DNA of 63,224 bases, the filler included, from Candidatus Ancaeobacter aquaticus (GTDB taxonomy: Bacteria > Auribacterota > Ancaeobacteria > Ancaeobacterales > Ancaeobacteraceae): the NCBI GenBank assembly GCA_030765405.1. It is 5 parts of 5 records of this genome, joined end to end, with 100 filler letters (N's around TTAATTAATTAA, not from the genome) between each part and the next. Parts side by side here need not be neighbours in the genome. Positions count along the whole stretch, not along the records: positions 41,038 to 59,908 come from JAVCCP010000080.1; positions 60,009 to 63,224 come from JAVCCP010000032.1; 3 more parts are not named here. One strand, given 5' to 3'. A program made the translations under genes and the position numbers. Under the pieces are notes generated by a model that did not search any database, had not been told where the DNA came from, and was given only the letters and a program-made list of their open reading frames with translations. Position 1 is the first letter of the stretch. Each line of letters begins with the position of its first letter. Of the stretch, positions 51,137 through 60,477 are shown piece by piece.

Positions 51137-51757
51137 ATGAGATTAGCTGTTAATCCAACTCGTATGGAGCTTATGAAGCTGAAAAAGCGGCATGTCCTTG
51201 CCCTGAGAGGCCATAAGCTTTTAAGGGATAAACAAGAAGAGCTTATGAGAAGGTTTATGCTGCTTGTGAATAATCTCGAAGAATCTCGTAAAGAAGTCGA
51301 AAAAGAACTTGTCAAATCATTTCAGCTTGCGGCGCAAATCGGGATGTCTTTGCCTGAGAGTACCTATAAAAATTTTGATTATTTCCAAAACAAACGATTA
51401 GAACTTACCAATACAAAAAAAAGAATTATGAATCTTACTCCGCCGCATTATGAGATCACAACGTTACCTGACCCCTACATCTATAGTTTGGTAAACACGT
51501 CTTTTGAGGTGGGGAATTTTGCGCGTGTGTTTAAGAATGTTTTGCCAAAATTAATTGCACTTGCAGAGCTTGAAGCTTCCTTTGTCATTATTTCAGATGA
51601 ACTTGAGAAGACACGCCGGCGGGTTAATGCGCTTGAATATGTGCTCATACCGAGTATCGAAGAAACAATAAAATATATTGAAATGAAATTATCTGAACTT
51701 GAACGATCAACATTAGTGCGACTAATGAGAGTAAAAGAGCTTCTACAACAACAGTGA
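51137..51757 (+). CDS. atpD: V/A-type ATP synthase subunit D
   Basis: NPTRMELMKLK, GHKLLRDK, EKTRRRVNALEY..IP, LSELER. Confidence 0.96.
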   Translation: MRLAVNPTRMELMKLKKRHVLALRGHKLLRDKQEELMRRFMLLVNNLEESRKEVEKELVKSFQLAAQIGMSLPESTYKNFDYFQNKRLELTNTKKRIMNLTPPHYEITTLPDPYIYSLVNTSFEVGNFARVFKNVLPKLIALAELEASFVIISDELEKTRRRVNALEYVLIPSIEETIKYIEMKLSELERSTLVRLMRVKELLQQQ

Positions 51758-51790
51758 TGCTTAAGTAAATAAAGTATGAAGGAGTAGATT

Positions 51791-52717
51791 ATGTCTGACA
51801 AAGTTTTTTTGTTCCCTGGGCAGGGATCACAATCAGTGGGTATGGGGCGTGATCTGTATGATGCATTCGGATCAGTAAAAAAGGTGTTTGATGATGCCCA
51901 AAACATACTCGGTTTTGATATAAAGAAATATTGTTTTGAAGGGCCGCTCGAAGATCTCACAAAAACAGATATTGTTCAACCCGCAATTACGCTATTAAAT
52001 ATCGCGCTTTTCACGCTCCTTAAGGAGCATGGTGTTTCACCCAGTGTTGTGTGCGGGCACAGCCTAGGAGAATATTCTGCAGTTTTTGCAGCCGGGGTGC
52101 TTGATCTTAGCACTGTTCTTAAACTTGTACAAAAGCGCGGGAAGTATATGCAGAAAGCCGCAGATAAGAATCCTGGAAGTATGATAGCGGTTGTTGGGTT
52201 GCCGCGCGAGAAAGTTGAAGAACTTGTGGCAGACGGCCTAAGCAGCGGCGCGGTAGGAATCGCTAATTTTAATACACAGGAACAACTCATTGTATCCGGT
52301 GTATCTGAAGCAGTCAGTTACGTGTCAGAGCAGGTCGAGAAGCTCGAGGGTGTCCGTGTCATCCCTCTTAATGTCAGCGGTCCTTGGCATAGTTCTCTTA
52401 TGCAGGAAGCCCGACAGAGGATGGTAGAAGAGCTGGATCTCTGCGAGTTTTCCAATCCAACCGTGCCGATTATCTGCAATGTTACCGCTGAGTATGCAAC
52501 GGATGGGGAGATGGTAAAAAGAAACCTTATCGAACAAATCACGGGCTCTGTCAGATGGTATGAGACCGTAAAACGGCTTGAAAAAGATTATCAAGGCGCG
52601 CAGTATCTTGAAGTTGGTCCGGGAAGAGTACTCAAAGGATTGGTCAGAAGTATCAATCGTTCTTTGGATGTGACAAATGTGGGAAATGTTATGACATTGA
52701 AATCTTTTGAGCACTAA
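51791..52717 (+). CDS. fabD: Malonyl-CoA:ACP transacylase
   Basis: FPGQGSQ, GHSLGEY, IANFN, LNVSGPWHS, EVGPG. Confidence 0.95.
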   Translation: MSDKVFLFPGQGSQSVGMGRDLYDAFGSVKKVFDDAQNILGFDIKKYCFEGPLEDLTKTDIVQPAITLLNIALFTLLKEHGVSPSVVCGHSLGEYSAVFAAGVLDLSTVLKLVQKRGKYMQKAADKNPGSMIAVVGLPREKVEELVADGLSSGAVGIANFNTQEQLIVSGVSEAVSYVSEQVEKLEGVRVIPLNVSGPWHSSLMQEARQRMVEELDLCEFSNPTVPIICNVTAEYATDGEMVKRNLIEQITGSVRWYETVKRLEKDYQGAQYLEVGPGRVLKGLVRSINRSLDVTNVGNVMTLKSFEH

Positions 52718-53063
52718 GCTATTGATATAATAAATAGTATTAACATTTTAGATGTTAAGAAATTTTGATTTTATATGGATAAGTTTTCATTACAAAGTAA
52801 TCGGGTGATTTAAAATAATAAGGACGCATTCCGGCCTGCATTTTTTGGCGATTTGCAGGATCACCTAAAAATGCTTAAATCGGTCAAAATGCTCCGGGTA
52901 CTGTGTTGTTTGAGGGAAACTTATTTTTTAAATTGAACTTTTAACATCTATAATTCTTATCTGAGGTGCGGGAGAGTGTTTTTTGTTGACAAGTATCTTT
53001 TAATGGGTGACATCTTAATATCCTTAGCCAAAAATAGATCCGGGCTTTTTTATAGAGAGAAAC

Positions 53064-53828
53064 ATGGACAATAGTATACTATTATTTGTTATACCCTTAG
53101 CTTTTATTTGTGAATTTATTGATTCAAGTTTGGGCATGGGATATGGAACAAGTCTTACACCCATTCTCTTGCTCATGGGGTTTGAACCATTGCAGGTTGT
53201 TCCTGCAGTACTCTTTTCTGAATTTATCTCAGGTGGTACTGCCGCATTTCTGCATCATAAAGTACAAAATGTGAATTTTCATCCTTCTTCAAAAGATACC
53301 CACGTAGCACTGATCCTTTCGATTTTTGCCGTTATAGGCACTGTTATAGCTGTACTCTTAGCCGTAAAACTCCCTGGCCAAATACTCAAGATATTAATCG
53401 GCATTATTGTTTTATCTATGGGCATTTTCATATTAGTTACATTCAATCACCCACCACGGTTCACATGGAGAAAAATTACAATAATTGGAACAATTGCCTC
53501 TTTTAATAAAGGAATGAGTGGAGGAGGTTATGGCCCGCTGGTTATGGGAGGTCAGATCCTTTCTGGGATCGGAGTAAAAAACGCTATAGGTATTACTTCG
53601 CTTTCTGAGAGCGTAACCTGTCTGGTTGGTATTATCCTGTATTTTTTCCTAATACCGTATATAGACTGGACTTTAACACTCTGTCTTACGATAGGATCCA
53701 TAATTTCTGTTCCACTGGCCGTTCATACCGTAAAAAAACTCACAGAAAGAAAGGTAAAAGTTGCAATAGCAATTGTAATGATTATTCTTGGTTGTCTTAC
53801 ATTAGGTAAGATGCTTATTTCTTTATAA
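53064..53828 (+). CDS. TSUP (TauE/SafE) sulfite-exporter family membrane protein
   Basis: DSSLGMGYGT..TPILL, SGGGYGP; about 8 TM helices. Confidence 0.88.
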   Translation: MDNSILLFVIPLAFICEFIDSSLGMGYGTSLTPILLLMGFEPLQVVPAVLFSEFISGGTAAFLHHKVQNVNFHPSSKDTHVALILSIFAVIGTVIAVLLAVKLPGQILKILIGIIVLSMGIFILVTFNHPPRFTWRKITIIGTIASFNKGMSGGGYGPLVMGGQILSGIGVKNAIGITSLSESVTCLVGIILYFFLIPYIDWTLTLCLTIGSIISVPLAVHTVKKLTERKVKVAIAIVMIILGCLTLGKMLISL

Positions 53829-53944
53829 TTCACAACTCTCTGATCATAACTTTAGAAAACACGTGAGTTGGGAGATTTTTTTGTCTATATCCCTTTTCTA
53901 TCCGCCATTTTGGGCAGTCTCACTACCTTGACAAAGCGATTTTT

Positions 53945-54661
53945 ATGGGGTATCCTAAACTTGGTGCTGAACTGTTAATAACGAGCATATTAGGTATGTT
54001 TGCGCAGACGTTACCGATTCTGATGGCAGGCACGTTTGGAGGTGTCGGTATTGCGACTATCTATAGGGTGCTCTACCATTTTAATATGGGTGCGCGGAGT
54101 GATATATATAATGTCGCTAACGATACGAGAGCGTTTTTTGCACGAAGAAGAAAAGCGATCGGAGAATTTATAAAAAGTATCATTACTGTAAGAGGGAAAC
54201 CGCTAATGAAGAGCATCGATGATTTTCATGGGAAATCAACGACTATTGCGTATTTTGATAAATCACCGAAGCTTGTCGGAGATCACATGCAAAACGAGCT
54301 TATTGGAGTGAATGCGGCTTTTTCAGAAATAAAAGATGATGCCATAAGAAAGATTATTTTGCGCAGCGCTTTAGCGCATGATCTCCTGCACGAAGCGGGA
54401 GTCGATGATGAAGAAATATTAACGCAGGGCGATGTTGTCTATACCTTAGCGCTTCTTGAAGAAGAGTCACGAAAGTCTCCGGATATCTACCAGCGGTACA
54501 TATCCGAACTTTCCCATATTGCAGATATGGGTTCTGCATTTCCACGTGCGTTTATGAAGGCTTTAACCGATAGTGTCTTTGCTGATAAAGCGACCAAGCC
54601 GGAGCTTGGAAATATTGAGGCAATCGTGCAGCAGGAAAGTATTTTCAATGCGTCACAGTAG
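53945..54661 (+). CDS. Hypothetical protein, possibly the 3' part of a larger gene
   Basis: 238-aa ORF without a clear RBS; ALAHDLLHEAG motif; abuts the next gene. Confidence 0.6.
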   Translation: MGYPKLGAELLITSILGMFAQTLPILMAGTFGGVGIATIYRVLYHFNMGARSDIYNVANDTRAFFARRRKAIGEFIKSIITVRGKPLMKSIDDFHGKSTTIAYFDKSPKLVGDHMQNELIGVNAAFSEIKDDAIRKIILRSALAHDLLHEAGVDDEEILTQGDVVYTLALLEEESRKSPDIYQRYISELSHIADMGSAFPRAFMKALTDSVFADKATKPELGNIEAIVQQESIFNASQ

Positions 54662-54675
54662 AGTTGAGGTTGTAT

Positions 54676-57069
54676 ATGCTAAAGAAAACACGATTTATAA
54701 GTAGTGCGTTCCTCACTACAGCAATTCTCGTAGCCCTTTGTTCGTTTTCTTTTAGCGCTCAAACGGATGTATTGGCTCCTCAGACGGTCTTTAAACAAGA
54801 AGAGACAAGACCACTACTCGTTATTGCTCACGACGAAGACGATCTTGCCGCACGTACCGCACGCATCATAGCCGATAATATAAAAGAGAAACCAAACACT
54901 GTTTTAGGTCTTGCGACCGGAAGCACCCCCATTAAAACCTACAAGGAACTCATAAAGATAATTAAAGCCGAAGACATTGACCTTTCAAAAGTGGTGACGT
55001 TTAACCTTGATGAATACTGCGGGCTTGCAAAAGAACACGATCAAAGTTATCACTATTTTATGTATGACAATTTATTTAATGACCTGTTATATAACCGAAA
55101 AACAAACAGAAAAGGTATCAGAAAAAAGAATATCCATATTTTAAACGGTATGGCGCGTAACAAGAAAAAAGAATGTCGCATGTACGAACAGATGATACAT
55201 GATGCGGGAGGAATAGATATACAGATTTTGGGTATTGGCGGGAACGGCCATATTGGTTTTAATGAACCGCCCTCGCGTATTGATTCTCGAACGCGTGAAG
55301 TGTCTCTTGACGAGAGTACCATTAAAGCAAATGCACGATTCTTTGATAATGATATGACCAAAGTCCCAAAAACAGCGCTTTCAACGGGTATTGGGACAAT
55401 TCTTGACGCAAAGAAAATAATTCTTCTTGCAACAACTGAGAGTAAAAGCAATGCCATAAGAGATTCATTTGAAAAACTTCCTAATGAAAATGTTCCCGCG
55501 TCATTTTTGCAAAAACATCCTGACGTTATTTTTATGATTACTCCTGAAGCGGGGAGAAAGCTTACAGGGTATTATGTTAAAGAAAGTGGCTTGCCTCATG
55601 ATTCTTTTGTTGGGCTCAATATTAATGCAGGTGATTTCGCTGCCAATAACCGCCACATTGTCCGGTTCTTTAACGATGTGTTGGGCGTGCAGATCAGTTC
55701 ATGGGTGGAGATCTTAGATCTTTCTGAAAAACATCCCGAGTATATTGGGCATATAGCAATGCTTATTGCGCGCAATAAATACAAGGATGTGTTCCATAAC
55801 TTCTCAGTAGCTGAATATGATACATATATCGCAATGGATGACGAAGTAGATAAGGGTATGCAATCACCTGAGACGATATATGAGGAGAAACCGCGTGAGT
55901 TGACGTATAGCGATTTCAAAGAATATGTGACCGGTAAAAAATTCTCTGAAAGTGATTTTATATCGTTAGGAAAAACATATGAGTTTGACGTGCTTAGCCG
56001 AGAAGAAATAGACTATGTTATTAAGATTCCACGGGGTATAGTTTCTGAATATAACTTTGGTAAACAGAAAATGGCCCCGTATGAAGGGATCAATCCTGGT
56101 TATCTGTTGGCAAAGGAACGGTTAGGTGATCTTGTTGCTGACTTTTCTATTGTTGAAGAAGAATTGCCCATTACTATTGATTTTAGGGTATACAGGGCGA
56201 AGAACACTATCATACAGCGGCGTATGCCATCACTGGAGAAAAAGGTGCGAGAATTGTTTGAAAACGGTGACAAAAAAGAAATTATTGAATTACTCCGTCA
56301 GAAGATACATGTTGATAATGAGATATTGAAACGCGGTTTGTATCTGCATGATAATTACTTAAAACAGTATGGCGTGACACTGGAAGGGAAAGTCGTGCTT
56401 CTTGATGCCGGGCAACTCATTGAAGACCCGGCACAAAAGCTTAATCTGAGAGCGTTTAATTTTGGTGAAGGGGCGTTTAACCCGCTCAAACAGCGATTCA
56501 ATAGAAGAGGACACGCGCATTATTTTTTGCTGTATTGGATAAAGGATCTCGCGTACGAATTTGACAAAGGCCAAATGGGTGATGACATAACTCAATTTTA
56601 TATGAAGGAGAGTGGGCTTCCCTTTAAACATGTGATAGATTTTGATATTAGTTTTTGGTCATTTCTTGAAGATTATGAGGATAGGATAGCGGCGTTCTTT
56701 AATAAATACATTTTTGAACCGCAGGATGCTATATCGAGCGCAAAAGAGATATATACTCGTTACCGCCAAACACATCCGCAATATTTTAATTATATGGTTA
56801 ATTTTGTCATATCAAACAAGTACAAGGAAGAATTTTTTGATATTGCGCAAGCTGAATATCAACTACATCATCCTAAAGATATTGCTGATGTTGCAGCTCC
56901 TGTGAAAGTAAAAGACATATTTTCCGGTGTGCCGTCTGTATTTCTTCCTGCTACATTTGTCTTTGATCTTGTTAATGAACTGATCTCTGGCAGAAGTACG
57001 TATGACCGCGATTTGAGAGAAGATCCCTATCAGGTGAGACAACGCCAAGAACCAGGAACCTACCAATAA
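54676..57069 (+). CDS. Signal-peptide protein: glucosamine-6-phosphate deaminase domain plus a C-terminal kinase-like / unknown region
   Basis: LGLATGSTP, TFNLDEY, LGIGGNGHIGFNEP, GIGTIL..A, PASFLQKHP in the N-half; signal peptide ending FSA|Q. Confidence 0.8.
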   Translation: MLKKTRFISSAFLTTAILVALCSFSFSAQTDVLAPQTVFKQEETRPLLVIAHDEDDLAARTARIIADNIKEKPNTVLGLATGSTPIKTYKELIKIIKAEDIDLSKVVTFNLDEYCGLAKEHDQSYHYFMYDNLFNDLLYNRKTNRKGIRKKNIHILNGMARNKKKECRMYEQMIHDAGGIDIQILGIGGNGHIGFNEPPSRIDSRTREVSLDESTIKANARFFDNDMTKVPKTALSTGIGTILDAKKIILLATTESKSNAIRDSFEKLPNENVPASFLQKHPDVIFMITPEAGRKLTGYYVKESGLPHDSFVGLNINAGDFAANNRHIVRFFNDVLGVQISSWVEILDLSEKHPEYIGHIAMLIARNKYKDVFHNFSVAEYDTYIAMDDEVDKGMQSPETIYEEKPRELTYSDFKEYVTGKKFSESDFISLGKTYEFDVLSREEIDYVIKIPRGIVSEYNFGKQKMAPYEGINPGYLLAKERLGDLVADFSIVEEELPITIDFRVYRAKNTIIQRRMPSLEKKVRELFENGDKKEIIELLRQKIHVDNEILKRGLYLHDNYLKQYGVTLEGKVVLLDAGQLIEDPAQKLNLRAFNFGEGAFNPLKQRFNRRGHAHYFLLYWIKDLAYEFDKGQMGDDITQFYMKESGLPFKHVIDFDISFWSFLEDYEDRIAAFFNKYIFEPQDAISSAKEIYTRYRQTHPQYFNYMVNFVISNKYKEEFFDIAQAEYQLHHPKDIADVAAPVKVKDIFSGVPSVFLPATFVFDLVNELISGRSTYDRDLREDPYQVRQRQEPGTYQ

Positions 57070-57218
57070 ATCGGGACACTCCTTTTAAGCTACTAGGTTG
57101 CAGCTAGTTATAGCGTAATTACCCCTATCTTGCACTGCGAAAGAATCCTTTTTGGTCATCAGAGCGGTGTAATATTGCGCAAACCGAAAAACGTGTCTCG
57201 AAGACCGCATAATTATTA

Positions 57219-57247
57219 TTGACACGCCCCACATCATGTCTTAGTAT
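57219..57247 (+). promoter_or_regulatory. Sigma70-type promoter upstream of the riboswitch
   Basis: TTGACA-17 nt-TAGTAT. Confidence 0.65.
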
Positions 57248-57292
57248 GTGTCACTCGTTCTTTAAAATTGTGAATGTGAATAAAAAGTAGAA

Positions 57293-57440
57293 CCTTATTG
57301 TTTAGGGAATCCGGTGAGAGTCCGGAGCAGTGCCGCTGCTGTAAGCGGGGTAGAAAGGATCAATGATCCGCCACTTTTCGTGTTATGCGAAGGGGAAGGT
57401 AGAAAGTTTTACCCGCGAGCCAGAAGACCTGTCAATAAGG
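57293..57440 (+). ncRNA. Cobalamin (AdoCbl) riboswitch
   Basis: AGGGAATCCGGTGAGAGTCCGGAGCAGTGCCGCTGCTGTAA, GCCACT, GGGAAGG, GCGAGCCAGAAGACCTG; CCTTATTG/CAATAAGG closing stem; upstream of a TonB-dependent receptor. Confidence 0.93.
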
Positions 57441-57492
57441 GTGTGCGTAACTCTTCGTGCAGCAAAGAGTGATACGCGGGTACAATGTTATC

Positions 57493-57530
57493 AAGCCCGG
57501 TTTCTCTTAAAGAGGAGCCGGGTTTTTTTT
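57493..57530 (+). terminator. Riboswitch expression-platform terminator
   Basis: AAGCCCGGTTTCTCT-TAA-AGAGGAGCCGGGTTTTTTTT in the leader. Confidence 0.85.
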
Positions 57531-57578
57531 GGTTATTGCCATCGCTGCAGTAAGGACCAAAAGAAGGAGAATGGAGTA

Positions 57579-59723
57579 ATGGAGAAGTGTTGGTTTAGAA
57601 TCAGGATGTTATGTATTAGCCTTGTTGTAATATTTTGTGTTTGTTTTTCAGTGTATGCTGAGGAAGTATATCTTGAAGAAGTAGTAGATAGTAAAATAAT
57701 TGATAGTGTGTCTGAAAAAGATACAACTATTGATAATAATAATGCTGAATCAGAAAAAAATAAAGAGACCGTAACGGTCCTTTCACCGGTTATTGTTACC
57801 GCGACGCGTGTTGAGCAATCGCTTGCCGATGTTCCACAACGCAGTACGGTTATTTCGACCAAGGACTGTGAAACACCACTGGTAAAAAGTGTCGAAGATG
57901 TCCTGAGACAATCATCCGATGTGCGTGTTAGCAACTTTGGAGGTGTGGGGTCACCCACGTCAATATCAATACGCGGCACGAATTCTAACCAATCTCTCTA
58001 CATGATTGACGGCCGACCCATTAACAGTGTTAATAATGGCGGTTTTGATTTTTCCAAATTACCGGTTGAAAGTGTTGATCAGATAGAAATTATTCGTGGA
58101 CCCGGCAGTTCTCTGTACGGATCAAATGCGTTAGGCGGTGTTATTAACATCATTTCAAAAAAGCCGATTTCAGATAAACCGACGGTACGTACAAAGACAA
58201 GTTATGGCGGATACAATACCGTTTATCAAAGCGGTGAACACGGTTGGAATTTAGGCAAGTACGGGTATTATGTTTCCGGTAACTATATCGCTACAGACGG
58301 ATATCGTACAAACGGTGATTACCGCGGATATAATGTTTCAGCGAGCGCTTTTTTTGAACCGTTTGACACCTTTAAAATGGATTACTCGTTTATTTATCAT
58401 CAGGACAATATTGGTGTGCCGGGACCTCGCCCACAAGAAGGTGTTCCTGCACAGTACGGGACAAGCGAGATAACATCTTATGTTGATCGGAATAAAAGCA
58501 GGGACTTTTTTAGTGCGCTTAAAGTAACCGCTGATCCACACGAGAAGGTACGTGTCACAAGTAGGTTTTATTATGATTTTTCAAAGTTGCGGTCAAATCA
58601 GCGTTTTGCCGGTCTTGATCCTACTACATTTGTTGGAATAACAGTAGATAATGACAATACCTTTGACACCTACGCTATTGGCACTGACTTTCAGGTAGAT
58701 TTGGAACTGTTTGAGGGGAACACCTTTTCAACAGGAGTAGATATCAGGCGTGAATCATTGCGTGCATGGACAAAACAATATAATCTCGGAACAGGAGATA
58801 TTCTGACTGAGAGTTATTGGAAACCACATGTCTTAAAACGCGGTGTGTGGCTGCAAGATCAATGGCAGATCGGAGAAAAACTCTGGGTGCAGGCTGCTAT
58901 TCGTTATGATTGGCATACCTATTTTCACAGTAAATGGAATCCGTCTGCGGGACTGGTCTATCACATAACACCTACCACCCAATTTAAGTTTAGCGGTGGG
59001 CAATCATTCCGTGCTCCGACATTCAATGATTTGTTTTGGCCTGTTGGCGGTAATCGGGACTTACAGCCGGAAAAGGGCTATAGCGGTGAGTGGGGAATTG
59101 ATCAGCAGTTATGCGACAAAAAAGTAAATGTGCATGCAGGTATTGTTGCATGGTATATACGGGACAAGATACAGTGGTTTCCTGATACAAGAACAGGTAA
59201 CTGGACACCGCAGAATATGAATGGCCAGCGTCTTGTAGGGTTAGAGTTAGCAATGACGTGGAAACCAATTGAAAAATTAAAACTGTACTGTGGGTATAAC
59301 TGGTATCGGTCACGACAGGTCAATTCTGAAATCACGTTCAGTAACGGTCTTATTACCCGTACAGAAAATGTGTGGAGAAGAGCAGCGTTTATTCCCAAGC
59401 ATCAGATACATTTTGGTGCGAGTTACGTATTTCCCTGGAAAATGAAGGTTGATTGTGTGGGTAATTTTAGAGGTGACAGGGTAAATTATTATTCTGATTG
59501 GAGTAATTGGCCGAATGTCGGAATGCTCACAAAAAAGTTAGGAAAGATCTTTACCGTAGATCTGACAGTAAGTCAGGAACTGCTTGAGCATGCAGATGTA
59601 TATTTCTTGATGAAAAACCTCTTCAACGATGAGGGGAGCGAATCGTTTGGTACCGCGTTTCTAGACAGAAACTATCCTATCATGCCGTTTTATGTTGAGG
59701 CTGGTGTTAAGGTGGAGTTTTAG
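57579..59723 (+). CDS. btuB: TonB-dependent cobalamin receptor
   Basis: VIVTATR, SISIRG, LYMIDGRP, IEIIRGPGSSLYGSNALGGVINIISKK, C-terminal VKVEF; B12 riboswitch upstream. Confidence 0.88.
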   Translation: MEKCWFRIRMLCISLVVIFCVCFSVYAEEVYLEEVVDSKIIDSVSEKDTTIDNNNAESEKNKETVTVLSPVIVTATRVEQSLADVPQRSTVISTKDCETPLVKSVEDVLRQSSDVRVSNFGGVGSPTSISIRGTNSNQSLYMIDGRPINSVNNGGFDFSKLPVESVDQIEIIRGPGSSLYGSNALGGVINIISKKPISDKPTVRTKTSYGGYNTVYQSGEHGWNLGKYGYYVSGNYIATDGYRTNGDYRGYNVSASAFFEPFDTFKMDYSFIYHQDNIGVPGPRPQEGVPAQYGTSEITSYVDRNKSRDFFSALKVTADPHEKVRVTSRFYYDFSKLRSNQRFAGLDPTTFVGITVDNDNTFDTYAIGTDFQVDLELFEGNTFSTGVDIRRESLRAWTKQYNLGTGDILTESYWKPHVLKRGVWLQDQWQIGEKLWVQAAIRYDWHTYFHSKWNPSAGLVYHITPTTQFKFSGGQSFRAPTFNDLFWPVGGNRDLQPEKGYSGEWGIDQQLCDKKVNVHAGIVAWYIRDKIQWFPDTRTGNWTPQNMNGQRLVGLELAMTWKPIEKLKLYCGYNWYRSRQVNSEITFSNGLITRTENVWRRAAFIPKHQIHFGASYVFPWKMKVDCVGNFRGDRVNYYSDWSNWPNVGMLTKKLGKIFTVDLTVSQELLEHADVYFLMKNLFNDEGSESFGTAFLDRNYPIMPFYVEAGVKVEF

Positions 59724-59730
59724 TGAGGCT

Positions 59731-59766
59731 GTAAAAGTCACCTGCTAAAAGACAGGTGAATTTTAC
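59731..59766 (+). terminator. Terminator hairpin after btuB
   Basis: GTAAAA-G-TCACCTG...CAGGTGA-A-TTTTAC. Confidence 0.7.
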
Positions 59767-59908
59767 ATAGCCGAACTATCCCCCCTGTATTATGATTTCT
59801 CTGGGTGAAACCAGAGAAAATCTAGGGGGGATGAGCGTAATTAATGAGAGCAAAGAAATCTCTAAGAGATTTCTAGGTTGAAAACAAGAGCCGTGAACCC
59901 CTGTATTA

Positions 59909-60008
59909 NNNNNNNNNNNNNNNNNNNNNNNNNNNNNNNNNNNNNNNNNNNNTTAATTAATTAANNNNNNNNNNNNNNNNNNNNNNNNNNNNNNNNNNNN
60001 NNNNNNNN
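59909..60008. other. Artificial contig linker
   Basis: N44-TTAATTAATTAA-N44. Confidence 0.98.
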
Positions 60009-60134
60009 CTGTTTCTTTTTTCGGTGATCGTTTGCTATCCTGTTTCTCTTACCCTACTTCTTACTCTTTTCGAGATCGCTTCCTCGCTTCGCTCATCGCG
60101 ATGACTCCGCTAAACGTCATTTCGCAGAAGTCTT
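60009..60134 (+). mobile_element. Right end of a second, diverged copy of the IS at 19551-20895
   Basis: Ungapped alignment to 20770-20895 with roughly 14 mismatches in 126 nt; same terminus TTTCGCAGAAGTCTT. Confidence 0.85.
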
Positions 60135-60243
60135 ATTGTATTGAAGTATACCATAAATTATTTAAAATTTATTATTTTTTATTCTAACATTCAAACTCGC
60201 TGGCAAAACTAATGGTTTTGTCCGGTGCAATGCTTTGATTCGG

Positions 60244-60477
60244 GTCGAGTAGATGTAATATAGTTGATGTACTTAAGCATGCTTTGTATTCCCTGTTATT
60301 CCTCTCTTTCGATATGTGGAGTGTCACAATATTCTGCCATATACAACAACATCAACATCCCTCACAGAACCGTACTTGCGGATCTCCCGCATACGGCTCT
60401 TCAGTAAATCTCACCCAACATGCGACCGTTCATAAAAGCTATGGACAATATGTGGTTTGGGCAGTGGATAACGTTTA
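60244..60477 (-). mobile_element. Group II intron 3' remnant: last 21 codons of the RT/maturase, domain V and a long domain VI
   Basis: Minus strand KRYPLPKPHIVHSFYERSHVG*; DV GAGCCGTATGCGGGAGATCCGCAAGTACGGTTC (60367-60399); ends CTACTCGAC. Confidence 0.88.

Noticed and set aside
52740..52960. Possible IS-end remnant between fabD and the TSUP gene (TAGATGTTAA ... TTAACATCTA inverted 10-mer)
   Set aside because: Short AT-rich match with no transposase trace or second copy in the window; insufficient support.
57363..57578. 72-codon N-terminal extension of btuB
   Set aside because: Overlaps the riboswitch and its terminator; the downstream ATG has an RBS and a signal peptide.
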